A stretch of DNA of 64,000 nucleotides from a virus. Both the position numbers and the translations under genes were made by a program. This document shows, one piece after another, positions 39,733-49,449 of the stretch. The stretch is taken from positions 1 through 64,000 of IMG/VR virus record IMGVR_UViG_3300025534_000004. One strand, given 5' to 3'. Under the pieces are notes generated by a model. It was not told the origin of the DNA. It saw only the letters and a list, made by a program, of their open reading frames with translations, and did not search any database. The number at the start of each line of letters is the position of its first letter. Position 1 is the first letter of the stretch.

Positions 39733-40398
39733 TTACTCCTCACCGATAAAGTCGCGGGCCTGCCGGACAAGCTCGGCGCGAAGGTCCTGATCCACCTCCA
39801 TCGGTTCGCCATCGGCATCCCTCACGTCCACCAGCTTGATCACAAGGCCATTACCCCGGCCGCGATAGCTGGCCGTGGCGGTGCCGTGCTGGCCGTCCGC
39901 ACGCCACGGAAAATTGTAGGTACCAAAATTGGAGCGAATCTCCTCGTCGTAGCTGTCGGCCTCATCCACCCCATCGAGGTCGTCCTCCATGAGGTAGGCG
40001 AACCGCGCGAGCGCCGCCTGCTCATCCGGGGTCGTCCGCAGCAATTCGCGGAGCTTGGCCGCCTCGCTGCCTTGCAGAAAGACCTCGCGGCCGGTTTCGG
40101 CATCGCGCACGGTCACATTGCCAAGGATATCCCCTTCGTAGGAAAACCGCTTGCCCTCGACCACCGCCTTGTAGCTCTCGCCGAGGTCACGCTGTTCGCG
40201 GCGCAGCTTGGAGACGAGGCTGTTGATCAGCATCGGCACCTCATCGGCGGCGATGCCGAAGCGAGCAGCGACTTTCTGCATACCCGCCTGCGTCAGACGG
40301 ATGCCGGTCATGATCTCCTCATCGGAAATCCCGGCCTTGGTCAGCATCGCGTGCAGGCGGTCGAGGATGGACAGATCGGTGCCGCTCATCTCATTCAC
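39733..40398 (-). CDS. Acidic putative virion protein
   Basis: In the TAAATA-driven operon starting at 41192. Confidence 0.6.
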   Translation of the reverse strand: MNEMSGTDLSILDRLHAMLTKAGISDEEIMTGIRLTQAGMQKVAARFGIAADEVPMLINSLVSKLRREQRDLGESYKAVVEGKRFSYEGDILGNVTVRDAETGREVFLQGSEAAKLRELLRTTPDEQAALARFAYLMEDDLDGVDEADSYDEEIRSNFGTYNFPWRADGQHGTATASYRGRGNGLVIKLVDVRDADGEPMEVDQDLRAELVRQARDFIGEE

Positions 40399-41192
40399 TC
40401 CCCGCGCAGGCCCTTGATGGACCGCGTGAGCACGACCTGCTTGCCGTCCTCGTCCGTGTAGACGCGCTTCACCGTGGCGGTATCGCCATCAAGATTGCCC
40501 TGCTTGCTCACGCCCTTCGGAAGCCTGCCGATCACGCTCGGCTTGTCCTCGATATCCTTATTGAAATCGGTGGTATCCTGCGTCGGCTGTTCCTGCCCAC
40601 CGGTCTCGGCCTTCTCGGGAAGGTTGAGCCACGAGAAGGCGGGAATACGGCTCACCGTCTTGGCGAGGTCCTTTTCCTTCTCCTGCCGGACCTGATCCAG
40701 ATAGGCGAGGAAGGCGCTGTTGGCGGCATTACCATAGAGTTCGGAACCGTCGCGCGCCTCGACCTCGGGATACTCGCCCGTGGTCAGGATCGCGGCGGCA
40801 GGCTTGAGACCACGCTTCGCGGCCTCGGCATCCATCTCGGCCACGGCCGCAAGGCGCTCGTTCTCAAGTTCGGTCGGATCGTTCTCGCCGCGCGCAATGA
40901 CGAAGCTTTCCGGCGCGCCGAGCACATGCGCGATCTCACGGGCCAGCACATAAGGGCTGGCCGGGAGCGCGAAGGTCATGTCCACGATGTAGACCTCGGC
41001 ATTCTCGACCTGACGGAAATCCAGAGGATGGCTCTGGAACATCGTTTTTTTCGGGCGCGAGATCGAGAGCGGATGATACTTGGCGACGGTGCGCTCAATC
41101 AGGTCCATCGCCTCGTCATCGAGGAGCACAACGGTCTTGAGCCGGACATTGTAACGCTTCTCGGCTGCGGAAAGGTAAGTCTTGATGTCCAT
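40395..41192 (-). CDS. Putative virion/head protein
   Basis: 265 aa; TAAATA at 41218-41223. Confidence 0.65.
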   Translation of the reverse strand: MDIKTYLSAAEKRYNVRLKTVVLLDDEAMDLIERTVAKYHPLSISRPKKTMFQSHPLDFRQVENAEVYIVDMTFALPASPYVLAREIAHVLGAPESFVIARGENDPTELENERLAAVAEMDAEAAKRGLKPAAAILTTGEYPEVEARDGSELYGNAANSAFLAYLDQVRQEKEKDLAKTVSRIPAFSWLNLPEKAETGGQEQPTQDTTDFNKDIEDKPSVIGRLPKGVSKQGNLDGDTATVKRVYTDEDGKQVVLTRSIKGLRGE

Positions 41193-41271
41193 GGCGGGCC
41201 TCGAAAATCTCGTCGGCTATTTATCGAATGTCGCCGCCCGATGGACGCCACGGATGGTCCACCGGACTGCT

Positions 41272-41664
41272 CTATTCGGAGAGCGTCATCATTCGCATGA
41301 GGAAGATGTCGTTGTCCGAGAAGCGCAACACCGTCCTCCGCATCGGCATGGCACCGTATGCGTTCATGCGGCGCTCGATGTAATCCGGCACCCTGATCTT
41401 CTCATTGTACAGCCGCTCAACACTCGGAAAGACCTCTTGCAGGATGAGAAAGTCGCTTTTGAGCAAAGGAACGTGACACGCGCTCCGTGCGCCGTTCGGA
41501 TGGAAATCGCCCAGTTCGACGGAATAGGAACTGAACAGTCGATCCTCCTTATGGGTCAGGATGATACACCAGTGACCACGTGGACGGATATCGGCACCAC
41601 CGTTGTTGCTCGGGAAACAAATAAGGATGTCCCGCTCACCATTTACAAAGCCTGCATAGCTCAT
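41272..41664 (-). CDS. Hypothetical protein
   Basis: 130 aa, ends LRFSDNDIFLMRM. Confidence 0.55.
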   Translation of the reverse strand: MSYAGFVNGERDILICFPSNNGGADIRPRGHWCIILTHKEDRLFSSYSVELGDFHPNGARSACHVPLLKSDFLILQEVFPSVERLYNEKIRVPDYIERRMNAYGAMPMRRTVLRFSDNDIFLMRMMTLSE

Positions 41665-42561
41665 TCTTGGCGCTCCAACACTTCAAGGACGGAATAGGCG
41701 AGTGGCGTTGGTTGCCATGTCCATCGGCCCGATGGTGGCTTGCCGGTGTCATGGACTCGCGCAAGACCCATGTCGCGGAGTTGCTTCATCCCTTGATGCA
41801 GGTGCCATATCGGGCACCTCCGCGTCCGAGAAGTCGGAGTGCCCGCTTTTGCAAGCGGGTGAGTTGGGCAGCTATGGCTTCGGGCGTCATCACAATGGAC
41901 TCCTCAAATCACGTTTTCGGGCCAGATTACCGGTCTTTTCGGCCTCGGCAACCGGTTCCGGACGATTTTCCGGCCTTCATTTTTCCTCATCCTCACCATG
42001 CAACGCTTTTCCTCCCCCGCGCCGCGCGCATAGCCCCATGGACGGGATTGGCGCACGGCGCAGGGGAGGATGAACAACAACGACCATGCGTTGCCCACAA
42101 AGCCACGTTGCCGGTGTTACCCGGCGCTGGCGGTTTCCCGATGACCAGCTTGAGCAGCCTCATCCCGGTCCAGTCCCACCTACGGGCGGAGCTTTGGGGC
42201 GTGCCGACGTGTGCGCCTTCCAGCAAGCTGGGGGTTCGCCCTTTTCACGCCGGAGCCTTGCGCTCCCGGTGGACCGCAGGACCAAACGGTTATGGCGCGC
42301 GTGGCGCGCCAAGCTCGCGCGCTCGGCTTGTGAGCAACCGGCGCGCGCGGACAGTTACCAAATCGTTCAAGGCATAGCTGTCCTCTTGTGAGTGCCTTTC
42401 GCCATGCCGCGAGGCATGGACGGGCAGCCGTCACCACCTTTCTTTCGTGCGCTACCGCTCGATGGCGGGCCGTCCACGGGTGGCAACCGTCCCTTCGGGC
42501 GCGCTCCCTAGCTGCCGGTCTGCGGCGGCCTCTCGACCTGCCTTGTAGAGTCCCGGCGATT

Positions 42562-43347
42562 TCAGGCTGTTTGAGGCGGGGCCACCCCAACTTGACTGCC
42601 CCTGCGCGGTATATTGGTGTCGTGGCACCGAATTAATCCAGTCGCGGGCGCGGTGTCAAGCATCGGCTGCGGCCCCATGAGGCGTCGGAACAGCCCTTCG
42701 ACATCGAAGGCGAGCGGACGGGAAAGGACGGTTGCGCGCTCCTCTGGCGGCAGCCCGATGATCTGGGCTTCATACTCGGCCAGCGCCGCATTGAACGCCC
42801 GGACCGCCGCAATCTCGTCCGGCGCGGCATAGGTGTGCGGCTGGTACGCAAGGCGGCCCCTGAACAGGAAACGGCGTTGCAGCGCGATCATGGCCTCCTT
42901 GACCATGCCCGCCGTCGCGCACCGCATCCCCTCCCGGTCGAAGTCGAGGGACGCCAAGCCATCCCGCACAAAGAGCTTGATGGCGAGCGGCATATGCCCG
43001 GCATGGTGATTGAAGCACCGTGAGCAGGGCATGAGGTTCCACGGCCGCTTGACCTCCTCACCGCCGTGGCGGATCGCCACGAGATGTTCCCTCGTCATCG
43101 CCCATGGGAGAGAATACAGGGAGCGTCCCTTGAGCAGGTTCGGCGGCGCCCAATAGAGGCGCGCCCCGGTCAGGAAGCACCGGAACTCGTGGATGCGCCC
43201 GGCCGCCAGCATCCTCCCGAAGTGATGCCGCTTCAAGCTGCGCGGGAACTCCACCCACCTCAGCCATTCGATGATGGGCTGGCCGTCCGGCGCGATCCTG
43301 CGGACGACAGGAAAGACGCGCAGGTCCGACGCCATGGCGAACGTCAT
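42562..43347 (-). CDS. HNH-like nuclease-fold protein
   Basis: C..TG...TREHLV....GG.....NL.PC..C.N. Confidence 0.6.
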   Translation of the reverse strand: MTFAMASDLRVFPVVRRIAPDGQPIIEWLRWVEFPRSLKRHHFGRMLAAGRIHEFRCFLTGARLYWAPPNLLKGRSLYSLPWAMTREHLVAIRHGGEEVKRPWNLMPCSRCFNHHAGHMPLAIKLFVRDGLASLDFDREGMRCATAGMVKEAMIALQRRFLFRGRLAYQPHTYAAPDEIAAVRAFNAALAEYEAQIIGLPPEERATVLSRPLAFDVEGLFRRLMGPQPMLDTAPATGLIRCHDTNIPRRGSQVGVAPPQTA

Positions 43348-43348
43348 T

Positions 43349-43690
43349 TCAGGCTTTCACCCCGACCCAGCCCTGCGGCGTCCGGACCATCAACTCCTCG
43401 CCGCAGCGCGCGGCCTCGATCCCGGCGCGGTGCAGCATGTCCTCGGCAGCGGCGAAGGCGGCATCCGAACCGTCCGCCAGCTTGCGCTTCGTGGCGGCGA
43501 CCCACTTCGCCCAGAAATCGACTTGGCTGGTGTTCTTGGCCGACTTGCGGCCATAGAGGGCGGCTCCAGCGCAGTTCCGGCCGAAATGGACGGTCTCGCC
43601 GTCCCGGCCCAGCACCACGGTGCATTTCAGGCCCTTCTTGCCGCAGCAGTCACAGACCGTGATCTCGTCGGTGATGCCAAGGACCTTCAT
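43349..43690 (-). CDS. Zinc-binding hypothetical protein
   Basis: CDCCGK.GLK.TV.......HFG..CA; TTGACC-17-TATAAG promoter. Confidence 0.75.
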   Translation of the reverse strand: MKVLGITDEITVCDCCGKKGLKCTVVLGRDGETVHFGRNCAGAALYGRKSAKNTSQVDFWAKWVAATKRKLADGSDAAFAAAEDMLHRAGIEAARCGEELMVRTPQGWVGVKA

Positions 43691-43759
43691 GGAAACCGCT
43701 CCGTCCGATGGCGCCCTTATAGGAGCATAACGAAATGCGGTCAACCGAATTAATTTGGT

Positions 43760-44779
43760 TCAGCGATCCTCGTCATCCCACTCGTCCTCGTCCGCCTCCG
43801 GCTCGTAGTCCGGGTCGTAGAAGCCGAAGTCCTCGTACATGTCGAGGGCGGCGAGGAAGTCACGGGCGTTCGTGAAGATGAAGCACTCGCCCTCCTTCCC
43901 GATCTTCTCCTCGTCGCTCAGGGTGGTTTCGAAGGAGACGAAGAAGCTGGGCGGGATGCGCCCGCTGTATGAGAAGATGCCGGTTGCCTTGGTCCAGTCG
44001 GTCTTGCCGCTGTAGCGGCGGATGGCGTCGATGCGCTCTCGCTCATAAGAAGCATCGAAGTGACGCGTTGCCGCCGCCGTGTAGCCTTCGCGGTCGGTTT
44101 CCGCGCCGGGACCATGGAAGCTGACTGCCACGTCGTAATCGAGGCCGATCCGGCTGCGGTCAGGCAGGCGCGTGGCGATAATCACGGGCGCGGCATAGTG
44201 CTTTTCGGCCTGCCGGTTCGCATGGAAGGCAGCCGTGGCGCGGTCAACGGTCAGAAACACCTTACCATGGAATTTGCCGATTTCTGCCCAATTGGCATTG
44301 CTGGTCGGCATGATGCCTTTGCGCAGGATGGCACGGATGTATTTGGTGCTCGTGCCATGATAGACCACCTGCGGGATGTCGCCGATGAGCTTGTCGCGCG
44401 TGTAATCGACCTCGTAGGTATCGCCGTCGTGGCGATTGCGCTCCAAGGCGATACCGTCGAGGCCGAGCGCCTGCACCAGCTTGCGGACCAGCGGGCTGGA
44501 AGCCGGGTGGTACCGCATGTTGTCGGAATTGAGTAAGAGACGTTTGTTGTGGATGAGCCCGACGAGGATGTCAGGGCGACCGTCCCACACGGCATCCGCG
44601 ATATCGCCGATGGTTTTTCCCTCGACGCCAGTGGCCTTTGCGATATCGGCGAGCATGTCGGCGTCGTCATCGTCATAATCGCTGATCCAGATATAGCCCG
44701 CATGTGCGATCACGTACGCCCCGTCCCGTGGGGTGCCCGCGCGCACGATCATCTCATTGAGGATTTCCCAAGCCCGCAT
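43760..44779 (-). CDS. NAD-dependent ADP-ribosyltransferase/Tpt1-like protein
   Basis: YHGTS.....IL.KGI.P...VFLT...A..HA...Y.GRIPP; TAAATA at 44820. Confidence 0.65.
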   Translation of the reverse strand: MRAWEILNEMIVRAGTPRDGAYVIAHAGYIWISDYDDDDADMLADIAKATGVEGKTIGDIADAVWDGRPDILVGLIHNKRLLLNSDNMRYHPASSPLVRKLVQALGLDGIALERNRHDGDTYEVDYTRDKLIGDIPQVVYHGTSTKYIRAILRKGIMPTSNANWAEIGKFHGKVFLTVDRATAAFHANRQAEKHYAAPVIIATRLPDRSRIGLDYDVAVSFHGPGAETDREGYTAAATRHFDASYERERIDAIRRYSGKTDWTKATGIFSYSGRIPPSFFVSFETTLSDEEKIGKEGECFIFTNARDFLAALDMYEDFGFYDPDYEPEADEDEWDDEDR

Positions 44780-44822
44780 AGCCGTTGCATTCCACACGCC
44801 GGAAGTGGCGTTATCCGGCTAT

Positions 44823-45215
44823 TTAGACCGGGCGCAGCCTCCCCTCGCGGTCGAATGCCGCGACCAGCTTCGGCCACGTCCCCACGTCGCCCTGATCGGC
44901 AGGATCGAGGTTGAATTCCGAGACCACGTAGTAGTGGTCCGGATGCTCGATGAACTTTGCGAACTCACCCGCTGCGATGCGGGAACAGAGTTCATCGAAA
45001 TCGGTGAACAGATGCACGGCGCGGTCCACGCTCTGCGCCTCTCCGTCAGCCATCACCGCGTCGCGGCGGATGCACAGGCTGTATACCTTGGTCGGGGAGA
45101 AAAAGGTCGCCCAGACCTTCGGGAAGATCAGCTTCGCACCAAACACGAACGCGACTACGGAGACTGCCAGCTTGAGCAGCGCCAAGATGGCAACCACTGC
45201 GAACACCTCTCCCAT
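44823..45215 (-). CDS. Membrane-anchored hypothetical protein
   Basis: N-terminal TM; TGATG coupling. Confidence 0.6.
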   Translation of the reverse strand: MGEVFAVVAILALLKLAVSVVAFVFGAKLIFPKVWATFFSPTKVYSLCIRRDAVMADGEAQSVDRAVHLFTDFDELCSRIAAGEFAKFIEHPDHYYVVSEFNLDPADQGDVGTWPKLVAAFDREGRLRPV

Positions 45216-45844
45216 CAGGCATCTTCCTTGGGAGATGGAACGCACGTGACGTGATCTGCGAAGGCGCGTTCCGAGACCCGCTGCAAGACGCGCGCGCTGT
45301 GTCCACAAACGAAGCGGCAGAAGCCGCTGAGCAGGGTCGATGTGGCGTTCAACGGCCAGCACGTCACCCAGAGCAGCAGTTGGCTCTTATGATCGCCAAT
45401 CTTGAGCGGGATATTCTTGACGCGGAGTTTCAGGCACGCCTCGTCGATGATCCGCTCCATGCCCTTTGTGGTGAGTCCCCCGGCCTCGGTGAGCAGGTGA
45501 TTGGAGACGGAAAACTCCATGTCGCTCAGGTAGTATTCGAGCCGCTTCACCTTGAAGGCGAGGAATTTGTCGTGGACCTCATACACGTGGCTCATCCACT
45601 TGAGCGCGCCCCAGACCACGCCGATGCCGAAATAGAGACCGAGCAGCACCAGCGTGGCGGTCGGATTGGCGAAGGCCGGCGTGAAGGGATGGAAATCCGT
45701 GAACAACTGCAAGAGGCACGTGAAGGCGAGAACGATCAGGATGGCGACGGCCGGGACGTTGTTCTCGACCACTACGAACAGGAGGAGGAGCACCGTTGCG
45801 GTGACGATCCAGAACAGGAGGTCGCCGACCAAGAGGATTTCCAT
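45215..45844 (-). CDS. Multi-pass membrane protein
   Basis: 3 TM helices, YFGIGVVW...KW and W...WP motifs. Confidence 0.7.
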   Translation of the reverse strand: MEILLVGDLLFWIVTATVLLLLFVVVENNVPAVAILIVLAFTCLLQLFTDFHPFTPAFANPTATLVLLGLYFGIGVVWGALKWMSHVYEVHDKFLAFKVKRLEYYLSDMEFSVSNHLLTEAGGLTTKGMERIIDEACLKLRVKNIPLKIGDHKSQLLLWVTCWPLNATSTLLSGFCRFVCGHSARVLQRVSERAFADHVTCVPSPKEDA

Positions 45845-45920
45845 GGAATGGCTCTCTGAAATGAGCTTGAGGATGTGGAGGAGACAGTCGTGTCGGCCGC
45901 GCTTCACGGCTCAGGGCGGG

Positions 45921-46154
45921 CTATGAGGAGACCAGCGCCTCCCGTCGGAGCGCCTGCACGGCCGAGTTCAGGGCCGCGAATGCCTGTATGGCCTCTGGGC
46001 TGGCGTGTTCGAGGAGATCGTCGAAAGCCGCCTCATAGGCTTCGACAAGCTCCTGAGCGCGTTCCTCGAAGGCAGGATGCTTCCCGATCATGCGGAGCGT
46101 CTTGATCGCGTTCCGCCGGATGTCGTCGAAACGGTCGATGTCGATGTACGCCAT
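45921..46154 (-). CDS. Hypothetical protein downstream of tRNA-Cys
   Basis: 77 aa, AAGGTGG RBS. Confidence 0.6.
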   Translation of the reverse strand: MAYIDIDRFDDIRRNAIKTLRMIGKHPAFEERAQELVEAYEAAFDDLLEHASPEAIQAFAALNSAVQALRREALVSS

Positions 46155-46172
46155 GCATCCACCTTTGCGGAA

Positions 46173-46246
46173 TGGAGATGTGGGCTGGAATCGAACCAGC
46201 GTGGACGCTTTTGCAGAGCGTCACCTAACCACTCGGCCACCACATC
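46173..46246 (-). tRNA. tRNA-Cys(GCA)
   Basis: Cloverleaf, loop CTGCAAA, U73, CCA. Confidence 0.95.
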
Positions 46247-46330
46247 GCCGGGCGAGAGGACGGTCGTTCGAGGGGGACGTAGGGAGGCCCGCCCTCTCGC
46301 GAGGTCGCCGATCTCTCGGCGACGGAATGA

Positions 46331-46359
46331 ACTCTACACCACTTAAACATGGAAGTCAA
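46331..46359 (-). promoter_or_regulatory. Sigma70-type promoter for tRNA-Cys
   Basis: TTGACT-17 bp-TAGAGT. Confidence 0.75.
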
Positions 46360-46381
46360 TACCGATATTTCGTGGTGCGCA

Positions 46382-46774
46382 TCAGGACGGAACGGTGTTC
46401 CTTTGCTTCACCATCAAACGCCTGATGGTGCGGTCGAACCAATCCCGGCGCATGGGCGGCCCATCCTCCAACCATCTGTAGAAGGCGGTTATCGCCTCCG
46501 CCTCGCTGACGCGCCTGTTCGACGCGCAGAAGCGGAGCGCCCGGCTCGGCGTCGCCTTATCGCCATTCCATCCCTGCCAGCCCAGCAAAAAGGTGGGCCG
46601 ATAGTCGGCAGTCTCCGGTCAGCCATGCCATGCCGCGCCACGCAACCGCACCAGCATCAGCGTTGCGAGGCTCGGCAGGTGTGGGGCGGACAGGATGATC
46701 TCATCCCCTTCCCTGACCCGCCTCACGGTCCCGAAGGGCGTCGAGCGGCTGCTTTGCTCGGTCCGAGACCACAT
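46382..46774 (-). pseudogene. Paralogue of 46774-47253 interrupted by an in-frame TGA (46619-46621)
   Basis: GDEI.LSAPHLP..ATL before the stop and LGWQGW.G after it, in the same frame. Confidence 0.65.
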
Positions 46775-47253
46775 CACCGGGCGTCCGTCCGAAGGAGGCG
46801 AATCGGCCCCTGTTCCATCTCGCGCCAAAAGGCTTCGGTCGCCTGCGCCTCCTCCCGGAAATGCAAGCACCAGCGCAACCGCCCGTCCGTGGTCGCCGCC
46901 CTGCCATCCCAACCCTGCCAGCCCAGCACGATTTTCGGGCGGGCCTGCCTCCTGTGGGACCGGACGGGACGCCGCCGCTGGGCCAGCACCAAGGTGGCGA
47001 AGGTCGGCAGGTGCGGGGCGGAGAGCATGATCTCGTCGCCACGGCGGATACCCACGACCGTGGGCCGCCTTGCCCGTGGGTCGTGCGCTGGCCGAACCGT
47101 CCGAATCGGAGGGATCATGCTTGCGCGGTTGATGGGACTTCCGGTGATGAAGCGGGGCATCGTACCGTGCGGGTTGCCGTTCGACAGATCAGGGGGCAGT
47201 GGGATGATCCCGCCGCCGATGGTACCGAACTTCTCGCTCATTGCGTTTCTCAT
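46774..47253 (-). CDS. Hypothetical protein
   Basis: 159 aa, ATGA-coupled to metG. Confidence 0.6.
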   Translation of the reverse strand: MRNAMSEKFGTIGGGIIPLPPDLSNGNPHGTMPRFITGSPINRASMIPPIRTVRPAHDPRARRPTVVGIRRGDEIMLSAPHLPTFATLVLAQRRRPVRSHRRQARPKIVLGWQGWDGRAATTDGRLRWCLHFREEAQATEAFWREMEQGPIRLLRTDAR

Positions 47254-48758
47254 GCCGCCACCCTCGGGAAGATCGGGCTCGGGGCAGGCAACGGAGCGCC
47301 ATCAACCGCCCCCCGCAGCGCATGGACGGTCCGCTGGTCAGCGGGCACCCCCAATTGGTCCAGCAGACGGGCCATGGCCCCCGGCATGAAGGGCTGCAAC
47401 ACCACCGCGACCGCGCGCAGGGCATCCAGCAGGATGCGCAGGACCGTATCCGCCCGCTCGGGATCGGTCTTGCGAAGCGCCCACGGGGCTTGGCGGGCGA
47501 TGTAGGCATTCGCCTCCCGCACCACATTCCAGACGATGTCCAGCGCCTCGTGGAGGGCATGACGGCGCATCGCCCGATCCACCCCCTCGGGCAGGTCCGT
47601 CGTTGCATGGGCGAAGGCATCGCACAGCGCCCATTCCCGGTCATGGATGCGCGGGACCGTTCCGCCCGCCTTCTGGATCAGGCTGAGTGTCCGCTGAGCC
47701 AGATTACCAAGATCGTTCGCCAACTCATTGTTAATGCGGGAGATCAGGCTGGTGCGGGAGAAGTCGCCATCATTGCCGAAGGGCATTTCACGGAGCAGGA
47801 AGTAGCGCACCGGATCGAGGCCGAACTCCTCGACCAAATCCTTCGGATTCAGGACGTTGCCGAGCGACTTTGACATCTTCTCGCCCTCGACCGTCCACCA
47901 GCCATGGGCGAATACCCGCTCCGGCAAGGGCAGGTCGGCCGCCATCAGGATGGCGGGCCAGATGATGGCGTGGAAGCGCACGATCTCCTTGCCGACGAGG
48001 TGGAGCGACGCGGGCCAGAAGCCTGATCTTTCAGCATTCTGCACGGCCGAGAGATAGTTGGTCAGGGCATCCAGCCAGACATACATCACATGCCCCTCGG
48101 CGCCGGGCACCGGGATGCCCCATGTGAAGGAGGTGCGGCTGATCGAGAGGTCCGGCAGGTCGCGCCGAAGCATCGCCAGCACTTCATTGCGAGCCGACAA
48201 CGGCGCGAGGAAATCCGGATGCCCCTCGATATGGGCGATCAGGCGCTCCCGGAATTTCGAGAGCCGGAAGAAGTAGCTGGGCTCCCGCACCCGCTCCACG
48301 GTCGCACCCGTCGGGGCGGTCCGGCGGCCGTCCGGGTGCAGGGTCACCTCGTCGTCGCCGTAGAAGCACTCGTCACGGGTCGCGTACCAGCCCTCATACT
48401 CGCCGAGGTAGATGTGTCCGGCGGCTGCGAGCTTCTCCCAGAGCGCCCGGCAGGTGGCCTTGTGCCGGTCCTCGGTGGTCCGGATGAAATCGTCGTAGGA
48501 GACGCCCATCAAGTCGGCCATGGCGCGGAACTCGGCCGACACCCGGTCGGCGAACGCCTGCGGGCTTTCGCCTGCGGCAGCCGCCGCCTGCTCGACCTTC
48601 TGGCCGTGCTCGTCGGTCCCGGTCAGGAAGAACACCTCCCGCCCCATCAGCCGGTGCCAGCGGGCCAGAACATCGGCCGCCACCGAGGTGTAGGCGTGTC
48701 CGATATGGGGGCTGCCGTTCACGTAATAGATCGGCGTGGTGATGTATATGCGCTGCAT
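47250..48758 (-). CDS. metG: Methionyl-tRNA synthetase
   Basis: YITTPIYYVN..PHIGH, TGTDEHGQK, YVWLDAL, KMSKSLGN, LANDLGNL. Confidence 0.97.
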   Translation of the reverse strand: MQRIYITTPIYYVNGSPHIGHAYTSVAADVLARWHRLMGREVFFLTGTDEHGQKVEQAAAAAGESPQAFADRVSAEFRAMADLMGVSYDDFIRTTEDRHKATCRALWEKLAAAGHIYLGEYEGWYATRDECFYGDDEVTLHPDGRRTAPTGATVERVREPSYFFRLSKFRERLIAHIEGHPDFLAPLSARNEVLAMLRRDLPDLSISRTSFTWGIPVPGAEGHVMYVWLDALTNYLSAVQNAERSGFWPASLHLVGKEIVRFHAIIWPAILMAADLPLPERVFAHGWWTVEGEKMSKSLGNVLNPKDLVEEFGLDPVRYFLLREMPFGNDGDFSRTSLISRINNELANDLGNLAQRTLSLIQKAGGTVPRIHDREWALCDAFAHATTDLPEGVDRAMRRHALHEALDIVWNVVREANAYIARQAPWALRKTDPERADTVLRILLDALRAVAVVLQPFMPGAMARLLDQLGVPADQRTVHALRGAVDGAPLPAPSPIFPRVAA

Positions 48759-48898
48759 GGAAATGGCCTTCGGACGAAGGCGGGCACCTTAGCACCACCT
48801 TTTTTCCGTGCAACCGCTTTCCTTCGGTACACGCCATAAGGAAGTAGACCGGCTCGGATTTCCGTCGCTATGATGGGGCGAACGCATTTGAGAGCGCA

Positions 48899-49342
48899 AT
48901 GTTCGAACCGGACACTACTTGCGTGGCGGCCCTGCGGAGCCTGACCACCTTCGACAGCGTGGCGCATTTCGTCCTCCGGCATCAGGACCGGCTTTTCCCG
49001 GTCGGGATGCCCGCGCTCACCGACCTCAGCATCGTCGAGATGACGTGGAACGACCGCTGCCCCACCTATTACTGCGCCCCCGCCGGGCACATATCGGCAC
49101 GGAACCTCCCTGCCCGTGGCTATCCCGGCTGGGTCGGGAGGATGAACCTCCACTACGCAGGCCACGAACGCGATCTCCGCCACGAATTCAACGCCCTCGG
49201 CCTGTACCTGACAGCAGGTTTCACGGGCTCCCGCACCGGCCTCGCCGTGTTCTGGTCGGCCACCCTGACGATGTTCGCGGAGGAATGGGTCAGCCTTGCC
49301 GCCATGCAGCGGCTCGGCGGCGAGACCGGCGCGCTGGCATGA
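48899..49342 (+). CDS. Hypothetical protein
   Basis: 147 aa, RGYPGW.GR motif. Confidence 0.6.
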   Translation: MFEPDTTCVAALRSLTTFDSVAHFVLRHQDRLFPVGMPALTDLSIVEMTWNDRCPTYYCAPAGHISARNLPARGYPGWVGRMNLHYAGHERDLRHEFNALGLYLTAGFTGSRTGLAVFWSATLTMFAEEWVSLAAMQRLGGETGALA

Positions 49343-49449
49343 CCGGTTCGATGGGGAGACGCCCGCGCGCACGGAAGAACGCCGTTTACAACAACGGCCT
49401 TTCTTGGTAACGTGTATCGGCACGTCTCATTTTCAGAAGGCCACTTTCG

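Noticed and set aside
41900-42560. Overlapping ORFs in this interval
   Set aside because: No convincing RBS, motif or codon pattern; left unannotated.
46247-46330. Cys leader peptide before tRNA-Cys
   Set aside because: No start codon or Cys codons in the leader, and no U-tract terminator.
48759-48830. Met-sensing attenuator or T-box before metG
   Set aside because: Only a short hairpin between the promoter and ATG; no uORF or terminator.
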